64,000 nucleotides of DNA from Candidatus Thermosaccharophagus tengchongensis. Lineage in GTDB: Bacteria; Armatimonadota; Fervidibacteria; Fervidibacterales; Thermosaccharophagaceae. The stretch is taken from assembly GCA_032161105.1 (NCBI GenBank), contig JAVHTD010000010.1; one strand, 5' to 3'. Positions 20,766-31,436 of this stretch are shown here, piece by piece. Position 1 is the first letter of the stretch, and the number at the start of each line of letters is the position of its first letter. The notes beneath the pieces are model-generated. The model searched no databases. It was given only the letters and a program-made list of their open reading frames with translations, and was not told the DNA's origin. Position numbers and translations under genes: made by a program.

Positions 20766-22109
20766 TCAAAGTGTCCAACCCTCACGATATGGTCGTTTGA
20801 TGTATGGCTCAAGCTCCGGACAATCCTTAACCTTCATCTCCTTCGGGTCATACTCAATCTTTCGCCCGGCGAATATGGCGAGGTTGCCAATCAGAGCGAT
20901 CTCCGTCAGGTATGCGGCGTAGTCAACGAAGTTGGACATCGGTGCAGGTCCGCCCTTGCATGCGTTCACCCACTCCCGTGTATGACCCGGTGAGCGAGGC
21001 AATGTGGGCTCAGGTGGCTTGTATTCTTTGAATTCCTCTTCGGGGTAAAGCTTCCACGAGCCACCGTTGTCACCGGGTGAGAAGAGCTTGCCCTTATCGC
21101 CAATGATGATGCAGCCGCTGCTCGGCAATTCAACCCCCGGGAGCACATCCTGCGGTGGCTTCTTACCGCCTTCATACCAAGTGAACTTGATCGGCGGCTG
21201 CTCGCCTCTCGCTGGGAACTCATACCGCATGATTGCCCACTTCGGATAGCTCTCCTTGTTGAAGCCGGAGTGCTCCGCTTCAACCGTGATCGGTATCCCC
21301 TCAATGATGTATTCGTAGAGCTTTAAGCCCATCACGGGCAAGTTCATTGTGTGACATGCCATATCGCCAATTGCACCGGTGCCAAAGTCAACCCATCCGC
21401 GCCACTTGAATGGCAGGTAGTCAGGGTGGTATGGTCGCCATGGAGCAGGTCCAAGCCACAAATCCCAATCAAGGTGTGGCGGCACCGGCGGTGTATCCTT
21501 TGGTCTGTCCATACCCTGAGGCCATATTGGGCGGTTCGTCCAGACATGCACCTCTGTGACCTTGCCGAGGACACCAGAGCGAATCACCTCAACACCCTGC
21601 CTGAAGCCGCCTGCAGCTGTCCCCTGATTGCCCATCTGTGTTGCGAGTTTGTTCTCCATGGCGACTTGGCGCATAACCCTCGCTTCATATATGCACCAAG
21701 TCAATGGCTTCTCACAGTAAACATGCTTTCCCAACTTCATCGCCATAACTGAAGCCGGCGCATGGGTGTGATCTGGAGTGGCTACAACAACGGCATCTAT
21801 TTGGTCACGCAACTCTTCAAGCATCTTTCGGAAATCGCGATACTTCTTTGCTTCGGGAAACTTCTTGAAAGCGTTTGCAGCACGCTGTTCGTCAACATCG
21901 CACAGTGCTACGACATTGTTACCCATACCGGCAAGCTCAAAGACCAACCCTTCACCACGCCCACCGCAACCAATGAAAGCCATGTTCAGCTTCTCATTAG
22001 CCTGATAGCTCCACGCTGACTTACTGTCCTTAAGCACCAAAAATCCCACACCGCCAATGGTTGCCGCCTTAAGGAATGAGCGCCTACTAATGCGCTTCGG
22101 CATTGCCAT
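20766..22109 (-). CDS. Tat-exported Gfo/Idh/MocA oxidoreductase
   Basis: SRRSFLK; IGCGGRG; ATPDHTHA; HVYCEKP; GDMACH. Confidence 0.92.
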   Translation of the reverse strand: MAMPKRISRRSFLKAATIGGVGFLVLKDSKSAWSYQANEKLNMAFIGCGGRGEGLVFELAGMGNNVVALCDVDEQRAANAFKKFPEAKKYRDFRKMLEELRDQIDAVVVATPDHTHAPASVMAMKLGKHVYCEKPLTWCIYEARVMRQVAMENKLATQMGNQGTAAGGFRQGVEVIRSGVLGKVTEVHVWTNRPIWPQGMDRPKDTPPVPPHLDWDLWLGPAPWRPYHPDYLPFKWRGWVDFGTGAIGDMACHTMNLPVMGLKLYEYIIEGIPITVEAEHSGFNKESYPKWAIMRYEFPARGEQPPIKFTWYEGGKKPPQDVLPGVELPSSGCIIIGDKGKLFSPGDNGGSWKLYPEEEFKEYKPPEPTLPRSPGHTREWVNACKGGPAPMSNFVDYAAYLTEIALIGNLAIFAGRKIEYDPKEMKVKDCPELEPYIKRPYREGWTL

Positions 22110-22437
22110 GCACCCCCCTATGCTCAACCAATGCCGTTTATCGGTTTAGTCATCAAAACACATTATAGCGTAGAGGGGTGGGGTGCTTCGGTTACGATGC
22201 GCAGACAAAAACGCTATTCTCAGCAGAGTGCTCTCCTAATTGGATAACTTGAGCAGCGTGATGTGAAAGGGGTTGCGCTAACATGGAGTTTACGCGATGG
22301 TGGTTTTCCTTAGGCGGCTTGGCGAAGGCCGGTCCAAAGGATGTGGCATGCTTTAAATACGCCTTGTGCAATTGAGGGATTGTATGTTGTGAGGCTTACT
22401 CTGACATTGCGATCGGTAAGAGGCGAGGTGATTGTGG

Positions 22438-24591
22438 ATGGGAAGGGGCATAGGCGTGGCATTGGACGAGGCGAGAGGCATCTTCTCGCTGATGCATTAC
22501 GCTGTGGGAGAATTCGCGCATTGCTTTGTGACGGTTCAAGTTGACGGCATGCAAATATCCTCTACGACAGGCGGCTCACAGTTTGAGATAATGAGAAAGG
22601 ATGAAAACCGCCTCATCGTCCTATGGCACCCGCCAAGCGGAGTGGATGTGCCTCTAAAGCTTTTGTTCCAAATGGATGCGCCCACTGACACATTGCAACT
22701 AACGGTCACCGCTGAAGACCAACTTCAAGGCATTGTTGAGGTTCATGGCGAGCTGTTCATGGGGTGTGAACCATACCTTGGGCGTTTGCCGGAGGAGGAA
22801 AACTTTGGCATCTTCTCGCTCGCTCATGGTCCGGTGACGAGCAAAACCGCAAAAACGCTCTTCAACCGATTCAATGACACCGCTGTAACTTTGCCTCAAT
22901 CGGACATTTACCACATCAAGAGCGAACCACCCGACCGATACCGCTTCGTCAGCATGGGCAAGCTTGGCGAGACAATCTTCACCGCCAAAGTGACAACCAA
23001 TGTCATTAAGCGGCATGGCATCCGTTACTACGCCCCAATTGATAAGTCGGTTTTCACTCACGCCCCAACTGGCTGGTGTTCGTGGTATTACTACTACCAG
23101 AACATCACGCAGGAGGAATGGGAGAAGAATGTTGAATGGCTCGCTGACAACCTGAGGGACTTCGGGCTTGAGTGGGTTCAACTTGACGACGGTTGGCAAT
23201 GTGACAACGGCAACCCACAAACATCAGGCGGGCGAGACTGGCGCTATCCGAATGAGAAGTTCAGCAAGGGGATGAAATGGGTCGCTGACATTGTGAAGCA
23301 GCATGGCATGAAACCGGGCATATGGCTCATTCCACAGAAAACGGACAGCGACGAAGTTTATAGCGCACATCAAGACTGCTTCCTGCGAAGACATGATGGC
23401 ACTCCCGTGCGCATCGGCGATTGGCACCCGCGCAAGGTTGAAAGCTATGTTATTGACCCGACCAATCCCAAAGCACTGGAATACATCAAGCAGCTGTTCC
23501 ACACGCTTGCTTATGATTGGGGCTTTGATTACTTCAAGATTGACAACCAACCCGAGTTCAGCCGTTGGTATGATGAGCATTCCGAGGCTCGCAAAGCCCG
23601 TGAAGTCACAGGGAGCGAAGCTTATCGCATGACATTGAAGGCAATAAGGGAAGCGATCGGTCCAAACAAATACTTGCTCGGTTGCTACGGCATACCACTT
23701 GACGGAATTGGCGTAATGAACGGGAGCCGAACCGGAGGTGACATGAGAGCCGATTGGGAAGGCTGTCAGGTCATGATTCGCACAATCACAAAGTGGGGCT
23801 TTTTGAACAATGTCGTTTGGTGGTGTGACCCAGACACATTGTGCGTCCGTGAGCCGTTGACGATCGGCGAAGCGAGGATTATGGCGACACTTGTTTCTCT
23901 CAGCGGGCAAGCACTCATGACGAGCGACAAGATGTATGAGCTGCCCGAGGAGCGAGTGGAGATTTTGCGCCGTGTCATCCCAACGGTTGACATACACCCG
24001 ATGGAGTTTTATCCGTGGGACGAGGACGAAAGGGGTCGTCCAAGTGTTGTTAACCTGAAAGTCGCCAAGCATTACGGCAGTTGGGATGTTGTTGCAGTTT
24101 TCAATTGGCATGAAGAGCCAACGACGATTGAGGTTGACTTTGGAAAGCTCGGTCTGCCAACTGGTGAAGACATCCGATACCATGTTTTTGAGTTTTGGGG
24201 CAAGCGCTACAACGGTCAATTTGAAGACGGCTTTTCGGTCACCCTCCCGATACGAACTTGCGAAGTCTATTCCGTCAGAGAAGCATTGGGGCATCCGCAA
24301 GTTATCTCCACATCTCGCCATATTACGCAGGGTGTCATTGACCTCGTTGAACTGGTCTGGGACGAGACGAATAACGAACTTCATGGGAGCAGTTTGCTCG
24401 TCCGCAGTGACCCTTATCGGCTGTATGTTCATGTGCCAAATGGCTTCTCTTTTGCCCAATTCATTGCCGAGCCGAGGAAAAGCCAAATCAAAGCCGAAGT
24501 TAAATGGGATGACGAGATCCTCATAGCGGAGATGCTAAGCGAGGAGAATCAACAAGTTGACTGGATTTTGCAGTTCGGCAGACAAGCTTAA
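22438..24591 (+). CDS. Alpha-galactosidase-like glycoside hydrolase (clan GH-D, GH36/GH27-like)
   Basis: PTGWCSWY, QLDDGWQ, KPGIWLIP, GFDYFKID nucleophile motif, SRTGGD, DPD; GAGGTG RBS. Confidence 0.85.
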   Translation: MGRGIGVALDEARGIFSLMHYAVGEFAHCFVTVQVDGMQISSTTGGSQFEIMRKDENRLIVLWHPPSGVDVPLKLLFQMDAPTDTLQLTVTAEDQLQGIVEVHGELFMGCEPYLGRLPEEENFGIFSLAHGPVTSKTAKTLFNRFNDTAVTLPQSDIYHIKSEPPDRYRFVSMGKLGETIFTAKVTTNVIKRHGIRYYAPIDKSVFTHAPTGWCSWYYYYQNITQEEWEKNVEWLADNLRDFGLEWVQLDDGWQCDNGNPQTSGGRDWRYPNEKFSKGMKWVADIVKQHGMKPGIWLIPQKTDSDEVYSAHQDCFLRRHDGTPVRIGDWHPRKVESYVIDPTNPKALEYIKQLFHTLAYDWGFDYFKIDNQPEFSRWYDEHSEARKAREVTGSEAYRMTLKAIREAIGPNKYLLGCYGIPLDGIGVMNGSRTGGDMRADWEGCQVMIRTITKWGFLNNVVWWCDPDTLCVREPLTIGEARIMATLVSLSGQALMTSDKMYELPEERVEILRRVIPTVDIHPMEFYPWDEDERGRPSVVNLKVAKHYGSWDVVAVFNWHEEPTTIEVDFGKLGLPTGEDIRYHVFEFWGKRYNGQFEDGFSVTLPIRTCEVYSVREALGHPQVISTSRHITQGVIDLVELVWDETNNELHGSSLLVRSDPYRLYVHVPNGFSFAQFIAEPRKSQIKAEVKWDDEILIAEMLSEENQQVDWILQFGRQA

Positions 24592-25904
24592 AGAACCCTT
24601 GTAAAGCCAGGGACAGCTATGGGGTATTTCCCCTCGGCATCCGGTTTGACCGGCGGCTCTGAATCAAAAGTCATGTTTTCCAAGTTCGGAGCCAGTTCAA
24701 TGTCTGACTTTATGGCTTGTTCAAATGTGACCATCTGACCGGACTCCGCAGCCAGTCTCCCAAGTATACCGACCATGTTTGCCATAGCGCATCTCTCAAC
24801 CTCATTGTAGGGCTTATCCTCACGAATCGCATCAAACAAAAGGTCCATTTCCCTCTGGTATGGGTCGCAAGGCGGACCCTCGTATTTCCAAATCAAGTTT
24901 TGCGGCTCCTGCTGCCAGCCCTTGTAAATCCTCGGCTGCGGAATGCCCTCTCCAAGCACGGCTAAGCCCTTTGTCCCGTGAATGACGCATCCCCAGAAGT
25001 TCCAACAATTTACCATGTGCCTACCTTGAGCAAACAGCCTTGCGCCATCTGGGAAACCATACTCAACGGCATAATGGTCAAAAAGTTGATCGGGATCTTT
25101 TCGCTGCTGCCTACCGCCGTGCCCCTGCGCCCAAACCGTCCAATCTCCCTTCACCCAACAGCAGACATCCAAATTGTGTATGAGCCAATCAAGTATGAAG
25201 CCACCATTTAGCCATGTGAAGCAATGGAAGTTGCGTATTTGATGGGCAAGCTCACTCTCACCCTTCCGGCGAGGTATCATTCCAACGGGACCATGCATGC
25301 GATATGCCCAGCAGACGACGACATCGCCGATGATGCCATCGTGAATTCTGGCGATTGCCTCTTCCAACGGTATGTAATGGCGGCTCATCAATCCGCCGGC
25401 AACTTTCAGGTTTTTCTCCGCAGCCACTTCGCCGGCTTTAAGCACCCTGCGCACTCCCGGTGCATCCACAGCAAATGCTTTTTCCATGAACACATGGCAA
25501 CCTTTTGAAACCGCATATTCAAGGTGCAATGGTCTGAAAGCTGGTGGAGTTGCGAGCAGAACAACGCCACCCGGCGAAATGCAGTCAATGGCTTTCTTGT
25601 ATGCATCAAACCCGACGAATTGCCGTTCTGGCGGCACATCAACTTGCTTTGGGAACGCCTTTTGCAGCCGTTCAAGGCTTGATTTAAGCCTCTCCTCAAA
25701 TACATCCGCCATAGCAACAAGCTTTGTTGGACCTTTCGTCCGAAGCGCATTGACAGCTGCACCGGTGCCCCTGCCACCGCATCCGACCAATGCAACTTGA
25801 ATTGTGTTATTTTCTGCCACATAACCGCCCGTTGATGCGATCCCAGCAGCAATTGCGGTTACTGCTGAATTACGGATAAAATCTCGCCTCGTCAATTTCT
25901 CCAT
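24588..25904 (-). CDS. Tat-exported Gfo/Idh/MocA oxidoreductase
   Basis: TRRDFI; VGCGGRGTGA; ATPPAFRP; HVFMEK; IHNLDV. Confidence 0.9.
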   Translation of the reverse strand: MEKLTRRDFIRNSAVTAIAAGIASTGGYVAENNTIQVALVGCGGRGTGAAVNALRTKGPTKLVAMADVFEERLKSSLERLQKAFPKQVDVPPERQFVGFDAYKKAIDCISPGGVVLLATPPAFRPLHLEYAVSKGCHVFMEKAFAVDAPGVRRVLKAGEVAAEKNLKVAGGLMSRHYIPLEEAIARIHDGIIGDVVVCWAYRMHGPVGMIPRRKGESELAHQIRNFHCFTWLNGGFILDWLIHNLDVCCWVKGDWTVWAQGHGGRQQRKDPDQLFDHYAVEYGFPDGARLFAQGRHMVNCWNFWGCVIHGTKGLAVLGEGIPQPRIYKGWQQEPQNLIWKYEGPPCDPYQREMDLLFDAIREDKPYNEVERCAMANMVGILGRLAAESGQMVTFEQAIKSDIELAPNLENMTFDSEPPVKPDAEGKYPIAVPGFTRVL

Positions 25905-26012
25905 GAATTACCCCCTCCTTCCCCTTGAGTATGCGATAGCCCATCAACGATAGCGAAAGTTGGCAGCTCATCCCTGCCATTGAACCGCCACCAAGCGGCT
26001 TTATGCACCAAT

Positions 26013-27476
26013 TTAACCGCCACCGATTGGATAGACCACCTTTTCATCAACTTGTGTTAATTGTGGTCGTCCATCCTTCAGGATAGCACGATAAACGCTT
26101 CCGCATGGGCGGGCAAGCATTTCAACATTTCCCAAATCCGGGACAACAATGGAAGCTTTTCGCTCTTTTCCATCAGCAGCCCACGCTGTAATGAGCCATT
26201 CACGACGGCGATTGTGCTTTCTCACAAGCACGCGCAAGTTTGGGTCACCAGTTGGAAACTCGTAAGCCGGCAAATCCTTAGACCAACGATGGCGATTTGG
26301 ACCGGGCAAAAGAACGCCATCCCTCAAAAAGCCCTCCAAATGCGAAAAAAGAGCATGCACATACGATAGCACCATCATTTGCTGTAACCAATGCGGCGGC
26401 TTATCGCCCAAATCGCCATCAAAGCCGCCCTTGGGATACGAAAAATAGCCAGCAACTCCGCCAATCATGCCAGCTGTGTAGTAGCACTTTAGGTAACCCA
26501 TATAAAGCGCCAGATCGGCGAAGGCTCTTTCGCCTAATTCCTTCCGTTCCCAACCGGCATTGACCCAGTTGTATGACAGCATATCGCCGCATTCTATCTG
26601 CTGAGCTACAGCATTCAAGGCTTGCGTTAGCATGTCGTTATCCCCAGTAAAGCCCGAGTTGAAGTGCAAATAGTAGATTGAGCTGCTTGGCAGGTCGGAG
26701 ACACGGCGAATTTGATTGTAATCATAGCTCCAATGCCACCATTGCGGGTATCGGTTGCGATGGGCAGCTTCCGTGTGGTAATAGATGTAAAGTGCGCCAG
26801 GAACTGCCTTCCTTACAGCGTTTGCGATTATGAGTTCCTGATGTGCCTTTCGCTCCGAGATGTAATCAAACCAGGATTTGTCGCCCTTCGCCTTCAACAC
26901 CCTTTCATCTGCTGCCCAAACTTTCCCCGCCCAACCGTAAGTTGATAGGGCGTATTCACCACCGTTGAGAATGACCGCTATTGTGGCACGAGCCGAGACT
27001 CTCTTGAGGAGCTCAATGCAGATGCTCGCGGCGCGTTCAAAAACTTCATCGGGCGCCTCCGGACTCCATACCTTCCTGCCTTCAGCATCTTGACACCAAG
27101 TTTCCGGTGGTAGGCTCTCCAGAAACTTCTTGTCAAAAAATGGGCGATAAAGCAGCACAAAAATGCGATAGCGTTTCGGGTTCGCAGCCGAAAGCGCACA
27201 AATCTTTGACGGAATGCTACTTGGGTCATCAAGCTGAGCCACTGCGCTTTGGTTGGCTTCGCCAAATTCCAGCGCATAACCCCAATTTTCCGCCAATTCT
27301 ACGCGGGCCTCAAACGGCATCGTCCATCCCCAGCGAGTCAAAGGCGGCAGCGTATGTCCGTCACGGAACTGAGGTTTTGGAGCCTCACGCAAAAACTCAA
27401 GCGCTGTCTTGGCACCAGCATTCGCGGCGACCAAAAGCATCATCAATATAGCCACTATTTGGGCAATTCTTGCCAT
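26013..27476 (-). CDS. Hypothetical secreted protein
   Basis: Long ORF, Sec-type signal (AANAGA), aromatic-rich; GAGGTG RBS. Confidence 0.75.
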   Translation of the reverse strand: MARIAQIVAILMMLLVAANAGAKTALEFLREAPKPQFRDGHTLPPLTRWGWTMPFEARVELAENWGYALEFGEANQSAVAQLDDPSSIPSKICALSAANPKRYRIFVLLYRPFFDKKFLESLPPETWCQDAEGRKVWSPEAPDEVFERAASICIELLKRVSARATIAVILNGGEYALSTYGWAGKVWAADERVLKAKGDKSWFDYISERKAHQELIIANAVRKAVPGALYIYYHTEAAHRNRYPQWWHWSYDYNQIRRVSDLPSSSIYYLHFNSGFTGDNDMLTQALNAVAQQIECGDMLSYNWVNAGWERKELGERAFADLALYMGYLKCYYTAGMIGGVAGYFSYPKGGFDGDLGDKPPHWLQQMMVLSYVHALFSHLEGFLRDGVLLPGPNRHRWSKDLPAYEFPTGDPNLRVLVRKHNRRREWLITAWAADGKERKASIVVPDLGNVEMLARPCGSVYRAILKDGRPQLTQVDEKVVYPIGGG

Positions 27477-27486
27477 GTTACCCACC

Positions 27487-29250
27487 TCACAGGTATGGTT
27501 GTATTTCAACAAAGTTTAGCATCAGTTCCTGCCCAACCGGTCCACCGGGCTCCGTGTCAGTGACCCAGTCAGAAATGACCAATTTTGCGCGATTTGAATT
27601 CGCCTTGAACAAGCGCCAATGGAAGTTAATCCATTGCCCACTAATTGTGCGTGTCGGGATGACCTCATCAAAACCTTTTACAACTTCCGCGCCATCAATC
27701 TTCACGGAGATTGCAAGCAATTCCTTGTTAGTCTTCCTTTGACTTACTCCGTTGAAATCGGCGACGACAAATTTTAACGAATAAAGCTTTCCCGCTTCAA
27801 GGTTGGCGATTTCCTGCGAGACAATGTTAGCTCGCTTTGCGCTTCGCCTCATCCAAAGGAATGTGTCGCCCTTTTTCGTTCTTGGCCAGCGCCCTTGAAG
27901 CCAGCCATAACCGTCCATCGTTCTCGCTTCAATACTTCCCTCCTCTGCCGGGATAACCGTCCACCCGTCCAATCCGGATGAAAAGTCGGGATTTTTTGCG
28001 AAATCGTTGCGATAGCTCAGTCCATACTTTGATGAAAGCATCTCCCTTTCACCCTCAATGCAATAATGCCTGTAAAGCCTTCCGAGCCATCGCAATGTTT
28101 CCTCATCCATGTAGCCAGAAGTCCAACCCATGATGCCATAAATATTGGAGAAAGTTGGCTCATTTGCGATGTGATGCATTTGCATGTCCAAATAGACCTT
28201 AAAATCAACACTCGGCTCATGATTCAAGGTGAGCGGAAAACATGAAAAAACACCGAGGCAAATGATCAAATGCTGCTGGAGCTGCGGGAGTGACCTTGAC
28301 CAATTTTCAACAGCTTCTTTCAAATTCCGGCGAATAAATTCCTCAGCCTCCGCTTTCGTCGGCTGCTCGGGTAGGTAGCGTTCCCAAGCGAGCTTAAAGC
28401 CATTGCGAATGATGGTCTCCACAAACTCAATTCCCCTTTGCGATGTGTAAAACCATTTCCCGGATGTGCCAAGGTATGGATAAAATGCCTTCCGTGGGAA
28501 ACTTTCAGCAAGTTTTTGGATGGCTTCTGTCCAAACTGGGTAATTAGCTCTGTCGTCCAAAAACTCATCAACGATAACTCCATCATACTCATCCTGAGAG
28601 AATCCGGGGCTTTTAGCCCAATAATTGCGCGCATCATCAACCGAAATCGTCGGTTTTTCACCCCTCTCACCGAGCCCGGGAACACCGCATTCAATTAGCC
28701 ACTTCCTCCCCGATGCCTTCCATTCCCTCACCAACTCCAAATCTTCTTTGCGCCCGATGCCAATTATCGTGGTAATATGGGGCAACATGTGGACTTTAAG
28801 GAATGCCCAATCATACGGTCCGAATGGCTTAACCCACGGATCGTAGCCAAACTTGGCAAACAAAATCTCGGGCACCGAACGGATAGTGACTCCCTCAAGC
28901 CGAACATCCCCATTGCAGTCAAAAACGATGCTGTGCCCGCCAGCACGAAGAAACCGAAATGCTTCGGCACTCTTTGCACCGTGTTCGTGGATGATGATCG
29001 GCTTCTCCACACCTTCAACTCCCACTACAACTTTTCCACCTACGCCAACTTCAGCCACTGTCCGAAAGAAAACCCAACCATCCCTCGGATTGACAATGCG
29101 ATAGCGGAGAACGCCTTTAACTGCCCCCGGAGACTCACTTAGCAACTCCGTGACAAAGTTATTCAACTTATGCGGCATCTGCCCATACACCCCCGATGAG
29201 CATAACTGCGCAGCTAACGGTAACAGGATGATCAGCAAACTCCTCATCAC
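27487..29250 (-). CDS. Hypothetical secreted protein with possible C-terminal carbohydrate-binding module
   Basis: 587-aa ORF, signal peptide, DGVIVDEF motif, NPDFSSGLDGW CBM-like start. Confidence 0.75.
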   Translation of the reverse strand: MMRSLLIILLPLAAQLCSSGVYGQMPHKLNNFVTELLSESPGAVKGVLRYRIVNPRDGWVFFRTVAEVGVGGKVVVGVEGVEKPIIIHEHGAKSAEAFRFLRAGGHSIVFDCNGDVRLEGVTIRSVPEILFAKFGYDPWVKPFGPYDWAFLKVHMLPHITTIIGIGRKEDLELVREWKASGRKWLIECGVPGLGERGEKPTISVDDARNYWAKSPGFSQDEYDGVIVDEFLDDRANYPVWTEAIQKLAESFPRKAFYPYLGTSGKWFYTSQRGIEFVETIIRNGFKLAWERYLPEQPTKAEAEEFIRRNLKEAVENWSRSLPQLQQHLIICLGVFSCFPLTLNHEPSVDFKVYLDMQMHHIANEPTFSNIYGIMGWTSGYMDEETLRWLGRLYRHYCIEGEREMLSSKYGLSYRNDFAKNPDFSSGLDGWTVIPAEEGSIEARTMDGYGWLQGRWPRTKKGDTFLWMRRSAKRANIVSQEIANLEAGKLYSLKFVVADFNGVSQRKTNKELLAISVKIDGAEVVKGFDEVIPTRTISGQWINFHWRLFKANSNRAKLVISDWVTDTEPGGPVGQELMLNFVEIQPYL

Positions 29251-29633
29251 TGCACCACCACCTTAAGGCGTCCTGATTTGCCGATTGAAGCTTCTACTTA
29301 CTGTTGCAGCGCCCAGTCACGCCCCCTATTTGGTCCCCCAACATAAGATGAGCTTATCAGTTGGTAACATTCCGCATCGGCGACAATGGCTCCCCCATCA
29401 AATCCAAAATCCATTGCGACTTAAACCCGCTCACACATCCAACCGCGCAACTCCCGCAAGTGAAATTGACCGCATTGCAAAGCTACACACCGCCAGACAA
29501 TTGTAGCCCAACAAAACACGCACTGACATTTGCGCTATAGTTATTTGGTGAGCATAAGGTATCAGCACGCACTCAACACAGCGAGCTCAAACGGCACATC
29601 GTTTCTAAATTTCGTTTCCCAGAGGTGAATGAA

Positions 29634-29840
29634 ATGTTCGGATTGGGGACGCCTGAACTGCTCCTCATCCTTTTTGTGGCACTGTTACTCTTCGGTCCGA
29701 CGAAGCTGCCCGACTTAGCAAGGTCGCTTGGGAAAAGTGTCCGTGAGTTCAGGCGAGCAATGCATGAAGTGCAGCGCAGCTTAGAGGCGGATGAGGATTC
29801 AACCACATACTCTTCGAACGACAGAGACTACACCGGTTGA
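29634..29840 (+). CDS. tatA: Twin-arginine translocase subunit TatA/E
   Basis: MFGLGTPELLLILFVALLLFGPTKLPDLARSLGKSVREFRRA. Confidence 0.93.
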   Translation: MFGLGTPELLLILFVALLLFGPTKLPDLARSLGKSVREFRRAMHEVQRSLEADEDSTTYSSNDRDYTG

Positions 29841-29859
29841 TATGGTGCTGCAATGGGAT

Positions 29860-31281
29860 TCAGTCAATGATGAAGATGACATTACACCGCTGCAGGAAGT
29901 GTCCCATATTATTCTCGCGAAGGATTACCTCACCATCGGATGCACTGACAATGACATCTTGATTGGCACTCCCGCGGACTCCAACCGCCTTAATGATCAG
30001 TGGCTTTGGTCCGGCACGCGGGTCTTTAAGTGCATCCTCAAGCACCGTGTGGTAGTAAACAACGCCCTTCTCAATGGCAAAGTGGGCAGGCACCATCTGT
30101 GGTCCGTAAATTGCCCTCCCGCGTTCGTCATAAATTCTCGGGCTCATGCTGCGCTCAACTTTCAAACCGCGAGCATCAATTATTAACCCCGTGTATCCCT
30201 TCACTTGCGGCTCCCTTGAGATTGGCTCAGCGATTCTCGGCTGCGGCTTCAATTGCCTTGGCGAGCCTGATGTGATGCCGCTACCCTCCCCAACTTGCGC
30301 AAGCGCTCCAACCAACTCCGAAACCATTGGTGCACTCTTACCCCTGCCACCGATACCACGAGTGACGCCGGCTGGCGAATCACCAATTGCACCAGCAACT
30401 GACGATGATAAGGAGGGTTTAACATCGCCTGTCAACTCGGGGCGCTCACCGGGCTCACCCTTTGGAACTGATGCTGTTCCTTGTGAGCGCCCAATCGCAA
30501 TCACACCGTAACCACCTTGTGATTCACTGCCTGAAGAGCCGTTGCTTCTCATTGCCGGCTGTGCTACTGTAACTCCAAGCTGAGCCGGCGGGAGCTTCCC
30601 AACACCGCCCACCGGCTGTTTGCGAATATCACCGACCATTGGACTGGCTGTCGTGATGCCTCCGCCGCTTGCTGACCCCTTAGTAACTCCCTCACCCAGT
30701 GCCGGCATATCAACTTGCGCCACCGTTTCACTTGCGACTCTTTTGACACCCACACCGTAAAAGACATCACCTGTGGGCTTCGCTTCGTATGTTGCACTCC
30801 CCCTTGGGAGCGCGCCAATTTGCACGCCTGCAATGGGCGCGGCACTCTTACCACTTGGCTCATTCGCCGCCCTTGGTGTTGACAGAATCGTCCTTCGGGT
30901 TCGCCTCGGATGAGCCTCCTCAACTTGGCTCGGTTGCGGTTGATTCGGTTGCAGGGTAATTCTGACCCCGCTACTTGTGCCACTTGTTATGCGCTTTGCA
31001 ACTTTCACCGGTTGGCTTTTGGCAGCGCCTGTCACCTTGCGCTCCACAGCAACATGCCGCAAACCAACTTGACCGTAATGGCTTACCCGCCGAGGTTGCC
31101 TCAATTGCGCTTTCACTTCAACCACAATCGGTGCATCAATGCGCGCAACTTCAATTGCAACGCTCATAGGCATCTTCGGAAGCATGACCTTGATCGGCAT
31201 CATGAGAATGAAGGCATGCAGGATGCACGATAGCAGCCAGAATGTGCTGAAGTGATTTAGCTCATCATGGGCTGCATTCAT
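29860..31281 (-). CDS. Membrane-anchored protein with TonB-like N-terminus, long Gly/Pro/Ser linker and globular C-terminal domain
   Basis: TM with SxxxH (SCILH); low-complexity linker; C-terminal YTGLIIDARGL…MSPRIYDE…CNVIFIID. Confidence 0.7.
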   Translation of the reverse strand: MNAAHDELNHFSTFWLLSCILHAFILMMPIKVMLPKMPMSVAIEVARIDAPIVVEVKAQLRQPRRVSHYGQVGLRHVAVERKVTGAAKSQPVKVAKRITSGTSSGVRITLQPNQPQPSQVEEAHPRRTRRTILSTPRAANEPSGKSAAPIAGVQIGALPRGSATYEAKPTGDVFYGVGVKRVASETVAQVDMPALGEGVTKGSASGGGITTASPMVGDIRKQPVGGVGKLPPAQLGVTVAQPAMRSNGSSGSESQGGYGVIAIGRSQGTASVPKGEPGERPELTGDVKPSLSSSVAGAIGDSPAGVTRGIGGRGKSAPMVSELVGALAQVGEGSGITSGSPRQLKPQPRIAEPISREPQVKGYTGLIIDARGLKVERSMSPRIYDERGRAIYGPQMVPAHFAIEKGVVYYHTVLEDALKDPRAGPKPLIIKAVGVRGSANQDVIVSASDGEVILRENNMGHFLQRCNVIFIID

Positions 31282-31436
31282 GAACTCGTCACCTCATCAA
31301 TAGTTTACACCCGCTGCATTTGCGACGGCATGATGCCACTCCCCACCTCACCGTGAGATGTGAGCCATGCAATTGCCATCCCATTGGACACAACCCGCTC
31401 ATCACTTGCAGTCTTTATCTTAGCCCATCGTGGCAA

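Noticed and set aside
22283..22375. 30-codon ORF (MEFTRWWF…) upstream of the GH-D gene as a leader peptide
   Set aside because: Only a loose RBS; no attenuator structure seen and no recognisable family.
23224..24486. 420-aa minus-strand ORF
   Set aside because: Entirely antisense to the well-supported GH-D gene; no recognisable motifs.
29260..29620. Long intergenic region before tatA as ncRNA or small gene
   Set aside because: No convincing hairpin set, riboswitch motif or RBS-led ORF; likely divergent promoter region.
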